A stretch of 64,000 nt of DNA, taken from IMG/VR virus record IMGVR_UViG_3300006217_002764; one strand, written 5' to 3'. The stretch's first letter is position 1, and every line of letters starts with the position of its first letter. Below, piece by piece: positions 1-9,367 of the stretch. Below the pieces are notes generated by a model. It did no database searches. It saw nothing but the letters and a program-made list of their open reading frames with translations, and was not told where the DNA came from. This DNA comes from a virus (lineage: Duplodnaviria; Heunggongvirae; Uroviricota; Caudoviricetes). Made by a program: the position numbers and the translations under genes.

Positions 1-647
1 ATGACCGCGAACATGGCGAACCGTGGCCGGCTGCGATGCGCTTCGACGGCGCTGATCAACGGGAACAACGCTTTTCCGGTCTGTTGTGCGAGACGTGCAC
101 TATTGTCTTTCGGCATGCACCCCACACTGACGCGGGCACACATCGTGTTCGAAGACACCAACTCACTGTCGTTCTCGGTCGTCGCGTATTCAGACGCCAC
201 CCAATCGCGTACACGGTCATCCTCAACGGTTTTGCCCTTGAGCCGTAGATGTATGGAGACGTACGAGTTCGGGGGCATGTTCGCTTCGATGCTTTTGCGC
301 ATCCCCGACCAGTCGCTGCGCATGTCTTTCATGATACTGCGCGCGTTGAGTTTCGCATTGCTGGGGATGATGGGGTGGCTGATATTGCGCGCATCCTCAG
401 GCAGTTCGGGATCCCGCCCGCCCGGCAATGGTTCGCATCCGAACCCCGCGAGTTTGCCTGCCGCCTCAAGTTCGGAAGGTAGGCCGTACAGGTATTCGTG
501 TACGGGGTCGTCGCCGGATTTGACCAATAACAGTATCGCCCCGTCAAGGTTCGGGGGAACGTTGTCGGTGATCACACGGTGTTCGTCATCATTGTGTTGC
601 GCGAGGGTGCGGATGATGTGCATCCACTGAGGAGTTTCACGTCCCAT
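1..647 (-). CDS. hypothetical protein, 3' end beyond window edge
   Basis: My own reverse translation from ATG at 647 (RBS aaaaggaacc upstream) gives over 215 codons with no stop to position 1. The ORF track missed it because it runs off the edge. No recognisable motif. Confidence 0.5.
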   Translation of the reverse strand, partial: MGRETPQWMHIIRTLAQHNDDEHRVITDNVPPNLDGAILLLVKSGDDPVHEYLYGLPSELEAAGKLAGFGCEPLPGGRDPELPEDARNISHPIIPSNAKLNARSIMKDMRSDWSGMRKSIEANMPPNSYVSIHLRLKGKTVEDDRVRDWVASEYATTENDSELVSSNTMCARVSVGCMPKDNSARLAQQTGKALFPLISAVEAHRSRPRFAMFAV

Positions 648-749
648 GGTGGTTCCTTTTCTGACATTCCTATGGTTTCATGGTTTTGTGGATATTGGGC
701 GGGAACAATTGAACGGCTGGTATCGCACGTTTGAGTCAGCTATGGCGGT

Positions 750-1190
750 TTATGACACGTCCCCTCCCCCATGATCGAACAACGCGCCATAGGGGAAGTC
801 CTCGGGGCGTTCCGGTTTGCACAGATGTTCACGGAGCAGCAGTTCATACAACCATGCGGCCATACGCACACTTGACTCGCGTGATTCCAACGCCCAAGCC
901 AGACTCGTGTACCCGTCCGGCATCGTGCTCGTATCCCCGATAAGCTCACGGGTCTTACGAATCCACCGTATCGCACGGTCACGTGTCGTACCGAACATCA
1001 CCGCATCCAACTGCCAGAGCCTGATCTTGCCCAGCTCAGGGTGCCTGCGCATGTTCTCCAACAGGAACGGCATCACCTTATGCCGTTGCCCCGTCTCGCA
1101 CAGTTCACGCACCTTCGCCAACGCCATGGCACGCATATGCTGTGCACGTTCCAACGCCGCGACCGCACGGGGGAAATCCTCCTTTGTCAT
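750..1190 (-). CDS. hypothetical protein, last gene of parA-like operon
   Basis: 146-aa ORF. ATGA start/stop overlap with the upstream gene at 1187-1190 suggests translational coupling. Confidence 0.5.
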   Translation of the reverse strand: MTKEDFPRAVAALERAQHMRAMALAKVRELCETGQRHKVMPFLLENMRRHPELGKIRLWQLDAVMFGTTRDRAIRWIRKTRELIGDTSTMPDGYTSLAWALESRESSVRMAAWLYELLLREHLCKPERPEDFPYGALFDHGGGDVS

Positions 1191-2509
1191 GCGTCCACCT
1201 CCTCGAAATGTGATTCGCCTTCACCAGGGAGCGACAACGGGTTAGGGTACAGGTCGGCGTGTGTCTGATCCCCGAACCTGCGCCGATGCGCCCTGTTGTT
1301 GCAAGTGAACCCGGTGAACCCTCCCCGCCACTGTTCAGGCAACACCCATTGCGACGGGTCAACACCCCATTCAGCGGATAGTTGGCGCCGCACATTCTCC
1401 CACCCCCAATCACGTACCACCCGGGGGTCACGCACCACTGGGGTAACGGAACGCCAATGTTCATCAAACAGACTGCGCGCCGCCCCAAGCATATCCGTAT
1501 ATGAACCGAACCCCTCAACCGGCTGCCCGGTCTGCTCGTCGAACCAATCCTCCCAACGTGCCCATCCAAGGCGGGCCGCCACGGACGGTTCGCCCATCAT
1601 CATCTCCGCCATGCCACCCACATGCTCCACGGCGGTGGACACCGCCGGGTAAGCACCGCGCTGCGTGTCCTTCACGAACAGGAACACGCACACCAATCCA
1701 CGGCGCTGCATCGGTGAATGCGCGAGGAACCGCGCCCAGTTGCGCATCTTCTGCTCCGTGCCGTCCGCGTGCACCTGCACTTCAATGCCAGCAAACACAT
1801 TGTTGTCGCACATGGCCAACACGTCCGTGCACGACATGCGTTCCATGCCGGACTCGTCCAAAGCAAGACGGTCAATGTACCGGAAACCACCGTACCCATC
1901 ACCATTCGTGAACTGGACACGTGGATCACGGGACAACATCAACCCGACATGGGAAGCAATGGTGTTGTGCCTCGCATGTGGACGGGACAACACCACACGG
2001 TTCTCCGCGTACATCTTATGCTGCCATTGGTCAGCGCTCACCAGCTTGAGCAGGTCCTTCACCAGTTTCGCCCTGTTGCCCAACGTCACCCATGTCTCAG
2101 GGCACTGCTCCCCGGTCACACGCTCATACCGCGCGAACCCTACGTTCAAAGCCCCCAACCGCACCAACGCCCCATAAAGGTTCGGTACATCACGGGTGAA
2201 CGTGGGCACCTCCCCCACAGCCAAACCACCCTGCAATTGCGAGACCGTGCACGTCTGCCAACTGATCAACGCATCCACGATGTTGAGTACATGCGCACGG
2301 TTCGCGCGTACCATCGCCTCCGCAAACACCCGGTTCGCCACATACCACGGGTGCAGTTGCGCAATCGAACGTTGATGATCGGACCTGTACACTTCGTCAC
2401 CACGAATCCAATCCACATCCGACGACCCCCGCCACAGGTCAGGCACCACAGGGTTGACGGGGACACGGTTCAACCATTTCGAACGATCCGCTATCTCCTG
2501 TGGAACCAT
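1187..2509 (-). CDS. hypothetical 440-aa protein in operon with ParA-like ATPase
   Basis: Long uninterrupted ORF that overlaps the 3' end of the ParA-like gene. No motif I can name. Confidence 0.55.
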   Translation of the reverse strand: MVPQEIADRSKWLNRVPVNPVVPDLWRGSSDVDWIRGDEVYRSDHQRSIAQLHPWYVANRVFAEAMVRANRAHVLNIVDALISWQTCTVSQLQGGLAVGEVPTFTRDVPNLYGALVRLGALNVGFARYERVTGEQCPETWVTLGNRAKLVKDLLKLVSADQWQHKMYAENRVVLSRPHARHNTIASHVGLMLSRDPRVQFTNGDGYGGFRYIDRLALDESGMERMSCTDVLAMCDNNVFAGIEVQVHADGTEQKMRNWARFLAHSPMQRRGLVCVFLFVKDTQRGAYPAVSTAVEHVGGMAEMMMGEPSVAARLGWARWEDWFDEQTGQPVEGFGSYTDMLGAARSLFDEHWRSVTPVVRDPRVVRDWGWENVRRQLSAEWGVDPSQWVLPEQWRGGFTGFTCNNRAHRRRFGDQTHADLYPNPLSLPGEGESHFEEVDA

Positions 2510-3666
2510 GACCTCTTCTCCTTCCGCTGTTTGACTTCATACTTCATTGGGTCGAACCCGACTTCGGGCATCAACCATGACAGGACACGTTCACGCGCCA
2601 TGTCCGCACAAGGGTCAGCCCACCCCATCTCACCATTGTTCAGATGGTTGGCCGCTTCGACACTCATATGCTCCACACCAAGGAACGTGCCATACTCCTC
2701 ATAATCGAACTGGCGGTAATCCTTCAACCCGATCGGCACCGTATCCTTGATGCCGACAAGTTCCCGAGGGATTTCCTCAGCACGCAACGCGCCCAACAGG
2801 TTCGCTGCATCCGCCTGCGTCTGGCGTCCAGCACGCACAATCAGCAGAAAAGGGTCACCGGCCATCACGTTGGGAATAAGCAGATCGCCGGCTGCCGTAC
2901 CATGCGTGTACAGGTCATCCGCATTGATGCGGTCAAGGTCAATGATGACCAACTGCCATAGGCGTCGCGCCTGCCTGACATACCTTCGGTAGGTCTCCCA
3001 TGTGACAGGCACTCCCGCTGGTGGCGCGAACACGACATCGTACCCCACACCCAGATGCTTGCCCGCGGTCGCGGCCACCTGCGGCCGCATCCCTCCCCTC
3101 CATGTGGCTATGGTGGGCACCTCCAAGCGCATACCCGGGTCAAAGAAACTGCGTTGCGACGACTGGGCCATGTTCCCGTCCACCAGCAGTGTGCGAACCC
3201 CCATCTGTGTGGCACGTTCTGCAAGCCTGCGGCATGATGTGGTTTTGCCGACGCCACCCGTGTTCGATGTGACAGGAAGCAGCACGCCAACTGCGCTCAC
3301 CTTCCCCGCAAGCACATCGGATACAAGCCTTCGATCGACAACATGCACCCCCCAATATTCCTTGGCTATGTCACCAACCGTCCAAGCCTCATGCCGTTCC
3401 AAGACCCCTGTGGTACCGTACGGTGGATTGTTTTCACCGCACCACAGGATTTCCCAACCTGATTTGGAGACCGGGAGCCAATTCGCCGCACTGTTCGTGA
3501 ACACCACGCCACGCTGACCGGATGGCACAGGATGCTCCACCAGGAACCGTGCCTGCTCCTCGACCTGTATACCCACCGGCACGGTGTACACCGATGCGGG
3601 AATCGATTTGAGACGTGTCCTCAATGCATCAAGAAGCGGCGATTCCCCGATAATAAGGCTACGCAT
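2491..3666 (-). CDS. ParA/MinD-family P-loop ATPase (CpaE/partition-like)
   Basis: Deviant Walker A SNTGGVGKTT typical of the ParA/MinD/CpaE family. It has an N-terminal extension of about 130 aa before the ATPase domain. Confidence 0.75.
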   Translation of the reverse strand: MRSLIIGESPLLDALRTRLKSIPASVYTVPVGIQVEEQARFLVEHPVPSGQRGVVFTNSAANWLPVSKSGWEILWCGENNPPYGTTGVLERHEAWTVGDIAKEYWGVHVVDRRLVSDVLAGKVSAVGVLLPVTSNTGGVGKTTSCRRLAERATQMGVRTLLVDGNMAQSSQRSFFDPGMRLEVPTIATWRGGMRPQVAATAGKHLGVGYDVVFAPPAGVPVTWETYRRYVRQARRLWQLVIIDLDRINADDLYTHGTAAGDLLIPNVMAGDPFLLIVRAGRQTQADAANLLGALRAEEIPRELVGIKDTVPIGLKDYRQFDYEEYGTFLGVEHMSVEAANHLNNGEMGWADPCADMARERVLSWLMPEVGFDPMKYEVKQRKEKRSWFHRR

Positions 3667-4365
3667 AACATCAGCTCCTTTCTTTTTCGTTCCAAGAATA
3701 GGGTATGTTCCGGCTTTTCGTGACGGAACATGGGTATTTCACGGAAAGCGGCGGTCACTTTCCCTAGTCTTCGTTATCTGATTCCATCCATTACACGGCA
3801 TTACGTTCCGCTACACGATATTCAATTGGCATTGCATACCGTTGCCCTTCACTAGATCCCATTCCATTCCCATCATCAGATACTCAGACTGTCGCCCCTA
3901 CCATGCGCCCTGCGGCTTATGGAGTACGTGGAAAAGTCCCAAGCCTCTTTCAGGAGCGCATGCTCTTCGTGCATGCTTGGTTCATGACTGGACGTCATGC
4001 CCCATCCTTTCAGTCAGCTTTCCTGATCGTCTTGTTTCTTTTGCTGTTGCCTTTTCTTTGGTTTTCTTGGATTTTCCGGTTCTGTGTTTCGTGTTCCTGT
4101 GTGCTCCTTTTTGTTGATTCGTCGTCTGGTTTTCTGTGATCAGCGCTTCGCTGGTTTTGGGTTCGTCTTTTGTCCGGGGAACAATTCCCCGAACCTCTTT
4201 TTGTGTTCCCTGCTGCTCTTGATGAGATGGGGGCGGGGCGCGATTCCTTTATCAGTATATGCTAGACTGAACTTGTTGGCTAACCGCCGTCGGCGGCACA
4301 TCGTTCCGTTCGTTGAACGCTGTCGGTGGATGCCATATCCATCCACAAACCATAGGAGGAGCCAC

Positions 4366-5040
4366 ATGGCCGCATGGGACTACACCAACAATTGGGGCAA
4401 TGACATTGCCGCAGACAATACTCAGGAACCAGCCGTACCGGAAGACGCAATTGAACAAGACACCGCCTCGGGGGAGGAAGCGGAACCGGAAACACCGAAC
4501 GCGTTCCCAGGGGAATCCGATAAGACGACATCCAGTGAACCAGCCGAAGAATCCACTGTCGCACCTTCCACGGCCTCCACGAAACGGAAGGCGGTGAAAA
4601 AGAAGAAAGACACGATCGCGAACGTTGACGCCAAGGATGTGCGCAAGCTTTATGATGTCGTTGAATATCTCAAGTCGGATGAGCATGCGGTCGCCGTCGC
4701 CAAGCTGATGACCAATTCGAACAAGTCTGATGTGTTCGAGCTGGCTGCTGAATTGACCAATGGCCGTAACGCTGTCCGTATCCGCAAGTTTGTGGATATG
4801 GCGCAAAAGCTTGGTGGCGCGACCAGTGCGACGGTCATGGCATTGGTCATCATTGAGTTCACCTCCCACCGTGATGGCGTGAAGGATGTGTTTGGCCTGC
4901 TGAACGCGGTTGCGCCGGATCGTGAGTTCGGGCGTGTGAACAAGCCGGAACCGGAGAAGTATTTCGATTACGCGTCGCAAATCGCCTCGAAGTGGGGCGA
5001 TGGCGTGGATATGGGTATCGTGCCGTTGCTGCGAATCTGA
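4366..5040 (+). CDS. hypothetical acidic protein
   Basis: ATG at 4366 preceded by RBS AGGAGG. Acidic N-terminal half and Lys-rich linker. Confidence 0.55.
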   Translation: MAAWDYTNNWGNDIAADNTQEPAVPEDAIEQDTASGEEAEPETPNAFPGESDKTTSSEPAEESTVAPSTASTKRKAVKKKKDTIANVDAKDVRKLYDVVEYLKSDEHAVAVAKLMTNSNKSDVFELAAELTNGRNAVRIRKFVDMAQKLGGATSATVMALVIIEFTSHRDGVKDVFGLLNAVAPDREFGRVNKPEPEKYFDYASQIASKWGDGVDMGIVPLLRI

Positions 5041-5198
5041 ATTGGTGTGTCGGTATCCGATATTGGCGGGTGGCCTCTGGGTCATCCGCTTTTTGCATTT
5101 GACGGCATGAATAACGTTCATATGTGCTATACTGGTTTTGTCCACAAAAACATGGGCGGCGATCCTGCCGCGCACCACAAAAAAGGAGCCACGTCAGC

Positions 5199-5579
5199 AT
5201 GCAAACCCATAGGGTCATCACTGCGAAACTCCATCCGATGTATTGGGGTCTGATTCACTCGTGTGAGAAGACCATCGAAGTTCGTGACAATCAGGACACA
5301 GACGTATGCGCGGGTGATGTGTTCCAATTCATCCATCCGACCACTCGTGAGATTCTCGGGTACGCGCGCATCAAGGCCATGGTCGAACTCCCGGACGGGT
5401 GGACGTTGGGGATGGTCGCGAGCATCGCCCGCATCAGCATGACGGATGCGGAACGTCTGTTCGGTTATCTGACCGTGGAGGGCCGGGGTGAAGCGTATCT
5501 GAACCTGTATGAAATCGAGCCGGTGGATACGACCGCCATGTTGGAACAGTTCGCAAAGGAGAACAAGAACCATGAGTGA
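5199..5579 (+). CDS. ASCH (PUA-like) domain protein
   Basis: ATG at 5199 after RBS AAGGAG. Sequence LHPMYWGLIHSCEKTIEVR...GDVFQF resembles the ASCH fold. Promoter motif lies 60 nt upstream. Confidence 0.55.
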   Translation: MQTHRVITAKLHPMYWGLIHSCEKTIEVRDNQDTDVCAGDVFQFIHPTTREILGYARIKAMVELPDGWTLGMVASIARISMTDAERLFGYLTVEGRGEAYLNLYEIEPVDTTAMLEQFAKENKNHE

Positions 5580-5871
5580 GACGACAGTGAAGGAAGACGT
5601 GACGCGCATTCCTGATAGCAAGGGCCTGTACTTGGACAAAAAAGGCGACCTATGGGGTGTGAGCAAGGAGCTCATAGCATTGCAACTCACAGACGAAGAA
5701 GGATTCTGTGAATTCTACTATGACGATTCCTGCTATACCTTCGACTCCCGAAATGATAGCCCCATATTGGAATACACGGATTTCCTTGATCTGACTAACT
5801 CTCGTGATGCCCGTCAAGCCGCTGAATTGTATGCGCCCTTTACCCGCGTCACGGGTTTCGTCACTGAATAA
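5572..5871 (+). CDS. hypothetical protein
   Basis: ATGA overlap with the ASCH gene stop. 99 aa. Confidence 0.45.
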   Translation: MSETTVKEDVTRIPDSKGLYLDKKGDLWGVSKELIALQLTDEEGFCEFYYDDSCYTFDSRNDSPILEYTDFLDLTNSRDARQAAELYAPFTRVTGFVTE

Positions 5872-5895
5872 CGATCGTAGAGTTGGGAGGTTCTG

Positions 5896-6288
5896 ATGCT
5901 TGACGCTCGAATGCAACAAGCGTATCTGGCGTCGTTCCAATACGACGACATCGACCATGAGGCCTTGCCCGGTGATGATGATTACACGCCGCGTGTGGGA
6001 GACGAGGGCGTGTTGTACATGGATTATCCGGATGGGTCAGGTGACGCGGAGGAACTGATGTTCCGTGTCGGGGCTATGGGTTCAGGCCTGCCGGTCATCG
6101 AGACGCGCACATCCACCGATACTGATTGGGATGAGGAGCCGCTGCTGTTCTTCGATCTGGTCGATCCCAGCGGCGGCATGATCCTTGTGTTGCAATCCCG
6201 TGCACATGTGGGCGAACCGCCCCAATACCCGTACGACATGACGGAAACCGATCCGAAACTCTTCGACCTCGACAAGGAGAACCTATGA
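5896..6288 (+). CDS. hypothetical acidic protein
   Basis: 130-aa ORF. Stop overlaps the RNA ligase start (ATGA). Confidence 0.5.
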   Translation: MLDARMQQAYLASFQYDDIDHEALPGDDDYTPRVGDEGVLYMDYPDGSGDAEELMFRVGAMGSGLPVIETRTSTDTDWDEEPLLFFDLVDPSGGMILVLQSRAHVGEPPQYPYDMTETDPKLFDLDKENL

Positions 6289-7394
6289 GCCGCAAACTCG
6301 TCAGCGTCCAGACCATCAGCCGGATCGAACCAATCCCGGGAGCCGACCGTATCGTGCTCGCGCACGTGCTGGGTTGGAAGGTCATCATCAGCAAGGACAT
6401 GCACCTATCCGTGGGCGACAAGGTTGCGTATTTCGAAACGGACAGCCTGCTGCCCGAATCGGATCCACGCTACACGCAGTTCATGCCGCGTGGCATACGC
6501 CACGTGCGGTTGGAGGACGGCGCCATGGTCACGGGGCATGTGCTGCGCACCATGAAGATGCGCGGCGTGTACTCACAAGGCTTGGTCATGCGATTGGATG
6601 ATCTGGGGTTGTCGGACACGCTGCCGGTGGGTACGGACATCACTGAAGCATGCAATGTCATCAAATACGAGCCGCCCGTGTTCACCGGCCGTGGCGCCAA
6701 CCGTCAGGACAAGGCATTGCAGCGCGCCATGCAGGGCATCATCGGCGAGTTCAACGCGCCATGCTCCAAGTCGGATGCCCCACGTGCCCAGACCCTCACC
6801 GGCATCTGGCATGAACTATGCAAACTGGAGGCGGTGCCTACGGTGAAAGTAGACGGGATGAGCCTGACGTTCTTCTTCGACGGCAGCGAGTTGCACATGT
6901 TCACCCGCAACTATGAGGTCGATCCCACACACCCGGATTGGCGGGACGCATGCGAGCTCGCGCACCGTTATTTCACCTCACGTATCGGCGGGTTGAGCGT
7001 GTTCGACATCGGCATGGGCATGTGTGTGCAGACCGAATACGCCGGACCCGGCATCAACGGCAACCGGCAGAAGCTAGCCAAGCGTGACCTGTTTGTGTTC
7101 GCCGTCTGGCAGGACGGAGAGAAACTGCCGCGTGACGAATGGGAGGATTCGTTCCTTGCGCGCGCGGCCCCTGAAGTCAACCCGTGGGAGTACCCGCTCG
7201 CCGACAGCATGGACACGTTGATCAGTGCCGTGGACGGCATGCGCGGCCACATCACCCCCGACGCGTTGGACGAAGGCATCGTCTGGCATCTCGACCCGAA
7301 CCAGCCCATTCCCGACACGGTACGCGGCGAGTTGGGAGACAACCTGTGTTTCAAGATCATCAACAACTCGTACCTGACCAAACACCACCTGTAA
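6285..7394 (+). CDS. ATP-dependent RNA ligase (N-terminal OB/tRNA-binding-like domain plus nucleotidyltransferase)
   Basis: Ligase motif I KxDG (VKVDGMSLTF) with a downstream covalent nucleotidyltransferase-like region. The N-terminal VSVQTISRIEPIPGADRIVLAHVLGWKVIISK resembles the OB fold seen in DRB0094-type RNA ligases. Confidence 0.65.
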   Translation: MSRKLVSVQTISRIEPIPGADRIVLAHVLGWKVIISKDMHLSVGDKVAYFETDSLLPESDPRYTQFMPRGIRHVRLEDGAMVTGHVLRTMKMRGVYSQGLVMRLDDLGLSDTLPVGTDITEACNVIKYEPPVFTGRGANRQDKALQRAMQGIIGEFNAPCSKSDAPRAQTLTGIWHELCKLEAVPTVKVDGMSLTFFFDGSELHMFTRNYEVDPTHPDWRDACELAHRYFTSRIGGLSVFDIGMGMCVQTEYAGPGINGNRQKLAKRDLFVFAVWQDGEKLPRDEWEDSFLARAAPEVNPWEYPLADSMDTLISAVDGMRGHITPDALDEGIVWHLDPNQPIPDTVRGELGDNLCFKIINNSYLTKHHL

Positions 7395-7407
7395 GGAGCA
7401 GTGACTT

Positions 7408-7842
7408 ATGGAACAATTGGAACTCTTCACTCTTGGAAACAATCTCGTCACAGCCGGGCACTGCCTGGACGCCTTGGCAAAGGCGAACGACATGATGCAA
7501 GCCCTGTTGAACGCCACCCGCGTCAGCGACGTCCATGACATGCACGACGACTACCCGACCCTGCCCGCCATCGTGTTGCCGTCCGAAACAACACCGGTGC
7601 AAGCATACGCGTTTCGCACCCGGTTGGCTGACTGCGAGGTCTACACCTGCGTGACAGTGAACCCGGATGATGTGGCCTGTGGCGTATTCAGCCCGGACGA
7701 CAACACATGGACACCCTACGAATTGGCCCAATCACTGACTGAGGACGCCGGTTACGGCGCGGACAACGACCTGTTCGACCTGACCTACAGCACACTGTTC
7801 GACCGTCTCGACCTCAAGCACATGGACACCATCGAAATCTAA
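7408..7842 (+). CDS. hypothetical protein
   Basis: 144-aa ORF in a co-directional gene string. Confidence 0.45.
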   Translation: MEQLELFTLGNNLVTAGHCLDALAKANDMMQALLNATRVSDVHDMHDDYPTLPAIVLPSETTPVQAYAFRTRLADCEVYTCVTVNPDDVACGVFSPDDNTWTPYELAQSLTEDAGYGADNDLFDLTYSTLFDRLDLKHMDTIEI

Positions 7843-7851
7843 GAGCGAACA

Positions 7852-8559
7852 ATGACTGGGAAAGAACCGACGAAACTCACCCTCATCGACACACCACTAG
7901 GGCACACCGCCTGGAACATGGACGATAACAACCTACTGCTGGTGTCCAGTGAAAACGAGCAGGAGACCACTGGGCTGTTGACGCGAATGGCCCAACAGGT
8001 GCGAAAGATGGGAGGGCGCGCGGTGTGCGCGGACACGGAACACGATTGGCCCACCCCGGGCCAGGGTGTCGATTCCGTCAAACCACGACAGTATGAATTG
8101 CTTCGCGCATACTGCGCACTGGCCCATGCCGTAGCACAGGTACGTGCCGAACAAGCTTCTCTCGCATATCCACCCTTCGTCATATTCATCGACCATTTCG
8201 ATCTGATGATGATGCGGGTCAACGAGCAGCCAACCCCCCACAAGACGGCCGGCATCCTACACGACATGCAACAACAGCTGGCCTCGATCATGTCCCATAC
8301 GGGAGTTGGGGTCGGTGTCGTGTTGTGCGCACAGAAGTTCGACACAGGTGTTCAGGCTGCCACGAAATGGGTTTTCCCGGAATGGTTGGATTCCGCCGAC
8401 CGTGTGCATGTCGATAAGCAGGGGCACATCCGTATCGAGCAGGGGGATGTGGACCTTTCCCTCACAATTCAGGATGAGGGGGCGGCATACGACCTGCTGA
8501 TGGAAGCCTTGATGGACGCCTTGCAACGGTTGAAACACACAGGAACAGAGGAGGAATAA
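7852..8559 (+). CDS. hypothetical protein
   Basis: 235-aa ORF. Weak Walker-B-like FVIFIDHFD. No clear family. Confidence 0.5.
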   Translation: MTGKEPTKLTLIDTPLGHTAWNMDDNNLLLVSSENEQETTGLLTRMAQQVRKMGGRAVCADTEHDWPTPGQGVDSVKPRQYELLRAYCALAHAVAQVRAEQASLAYPPFVIFIDHFDLMMMRVNEQPTPHKTAGILHDMQQQLASIMSHTGVGVGVVLCAQKFDTGVQAATKWVFPEWLDSADRVHVDKQGHIRIEQGDVDLSLTIQDEGAAYDLLMEALMDALQRLKHTGTEEE

Positions 8560-9174
8560 ATGTCGTACCAGTCTTGGCTTGACGCATGGAACGCGTATAA
8601 GGATTCAAAACAACCTGTCTGGCAGTACATCAGCGAACACGGGTGGGATGCCAAAACATGGTCATGGCTCGTCCCCTCGGCCGCCATGGCCCTGCTCATC
8701 CTCGCTGTCGTCGTATGTCTTGCCGGTGGCGCTATCCACAAGTTGCGAGTGAAGCGCGCCCCGGTCGAACAGCATGCGGACGTCGCCCTCAAGACGAAGA
8801 TCGACAACATTCCTTGGCTGCTGTGGGCTGTCGCGTCATTCATCCCTCTAGGTTTGACCATGATCGCGCTCCCCGACATAGGTTTCAATCCGGTTTCCAT
8901 CCAGACCGTCCAAGAACCCGTGTCGTTCACGCAATATGTCGAACAAGCCACGGGCACCCGTGACCTGACCTGCACCAAGGGAACCGGTGAGGAAACCTCC
9001 ACAATCGGCCCCTATGAGGATGCTGTGCCTGCCACGGGGTTCTACCAGTGCAACGCGATCCTCAAGGACGGTTCCATCCCAAACCTGACCCTGCACGTAG
9101 ATCAGGAGGCCCGTGAGTTCACTCTGGCGGATGCGGCCGCCGGGCAACCAGTGACAGAGAAAGCCTATCGATGA
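8560..9174 (+). CDS. membrane protein
   Basis: Two predicted TM helices (LVPSAAMALLILAVVVCLAGGAI and ASFIPLGLTMIAL). Confidence 0.5.
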   Translation: MSYQSWLDAWNAYKDSKQPVWQYISEHGWDAKTWSWLVPSAAMALLILAVVVCLAGGAIHKLRVKRAPVEQHADVALKTKIDNIPWLLWAVASFIPLGLTMIALPDIGFNPVSIQTVQEPVSFTQYVEQATGTRDLTCTKGTGEETSTIGPYEDAVPATGFYQCNAILKDGSIPNLTLHVDQEAREFTLADAAAGQPVTEKAYR

Positions 9175-9367
9175 TCGGTACGGAACAGGTGGAGCGTGCC
9201 GCGTTTGCGCTCATGTGCACGATGACGAATTGGGCGGATGGTGATAGGACGCCGCAAACGGTGAAGCGTGAGTATTGGATGCGGATGAACCCGGACGTCA
9301 AGGAACAGTATTACGGGTGGGCGCGCACCGTATTGGACGCTGCCACCCAAGGCGACGAGGAGGAAGC

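Noticed and set aside
3842-4139. F/L-rich ORFs 3842..4117 and 3903..4139
   Set aside because: Their composition is driven by the polypyrimidine tract. The translations are low-complexity (FLLLLPFLWFSW). Most likely non-coding.
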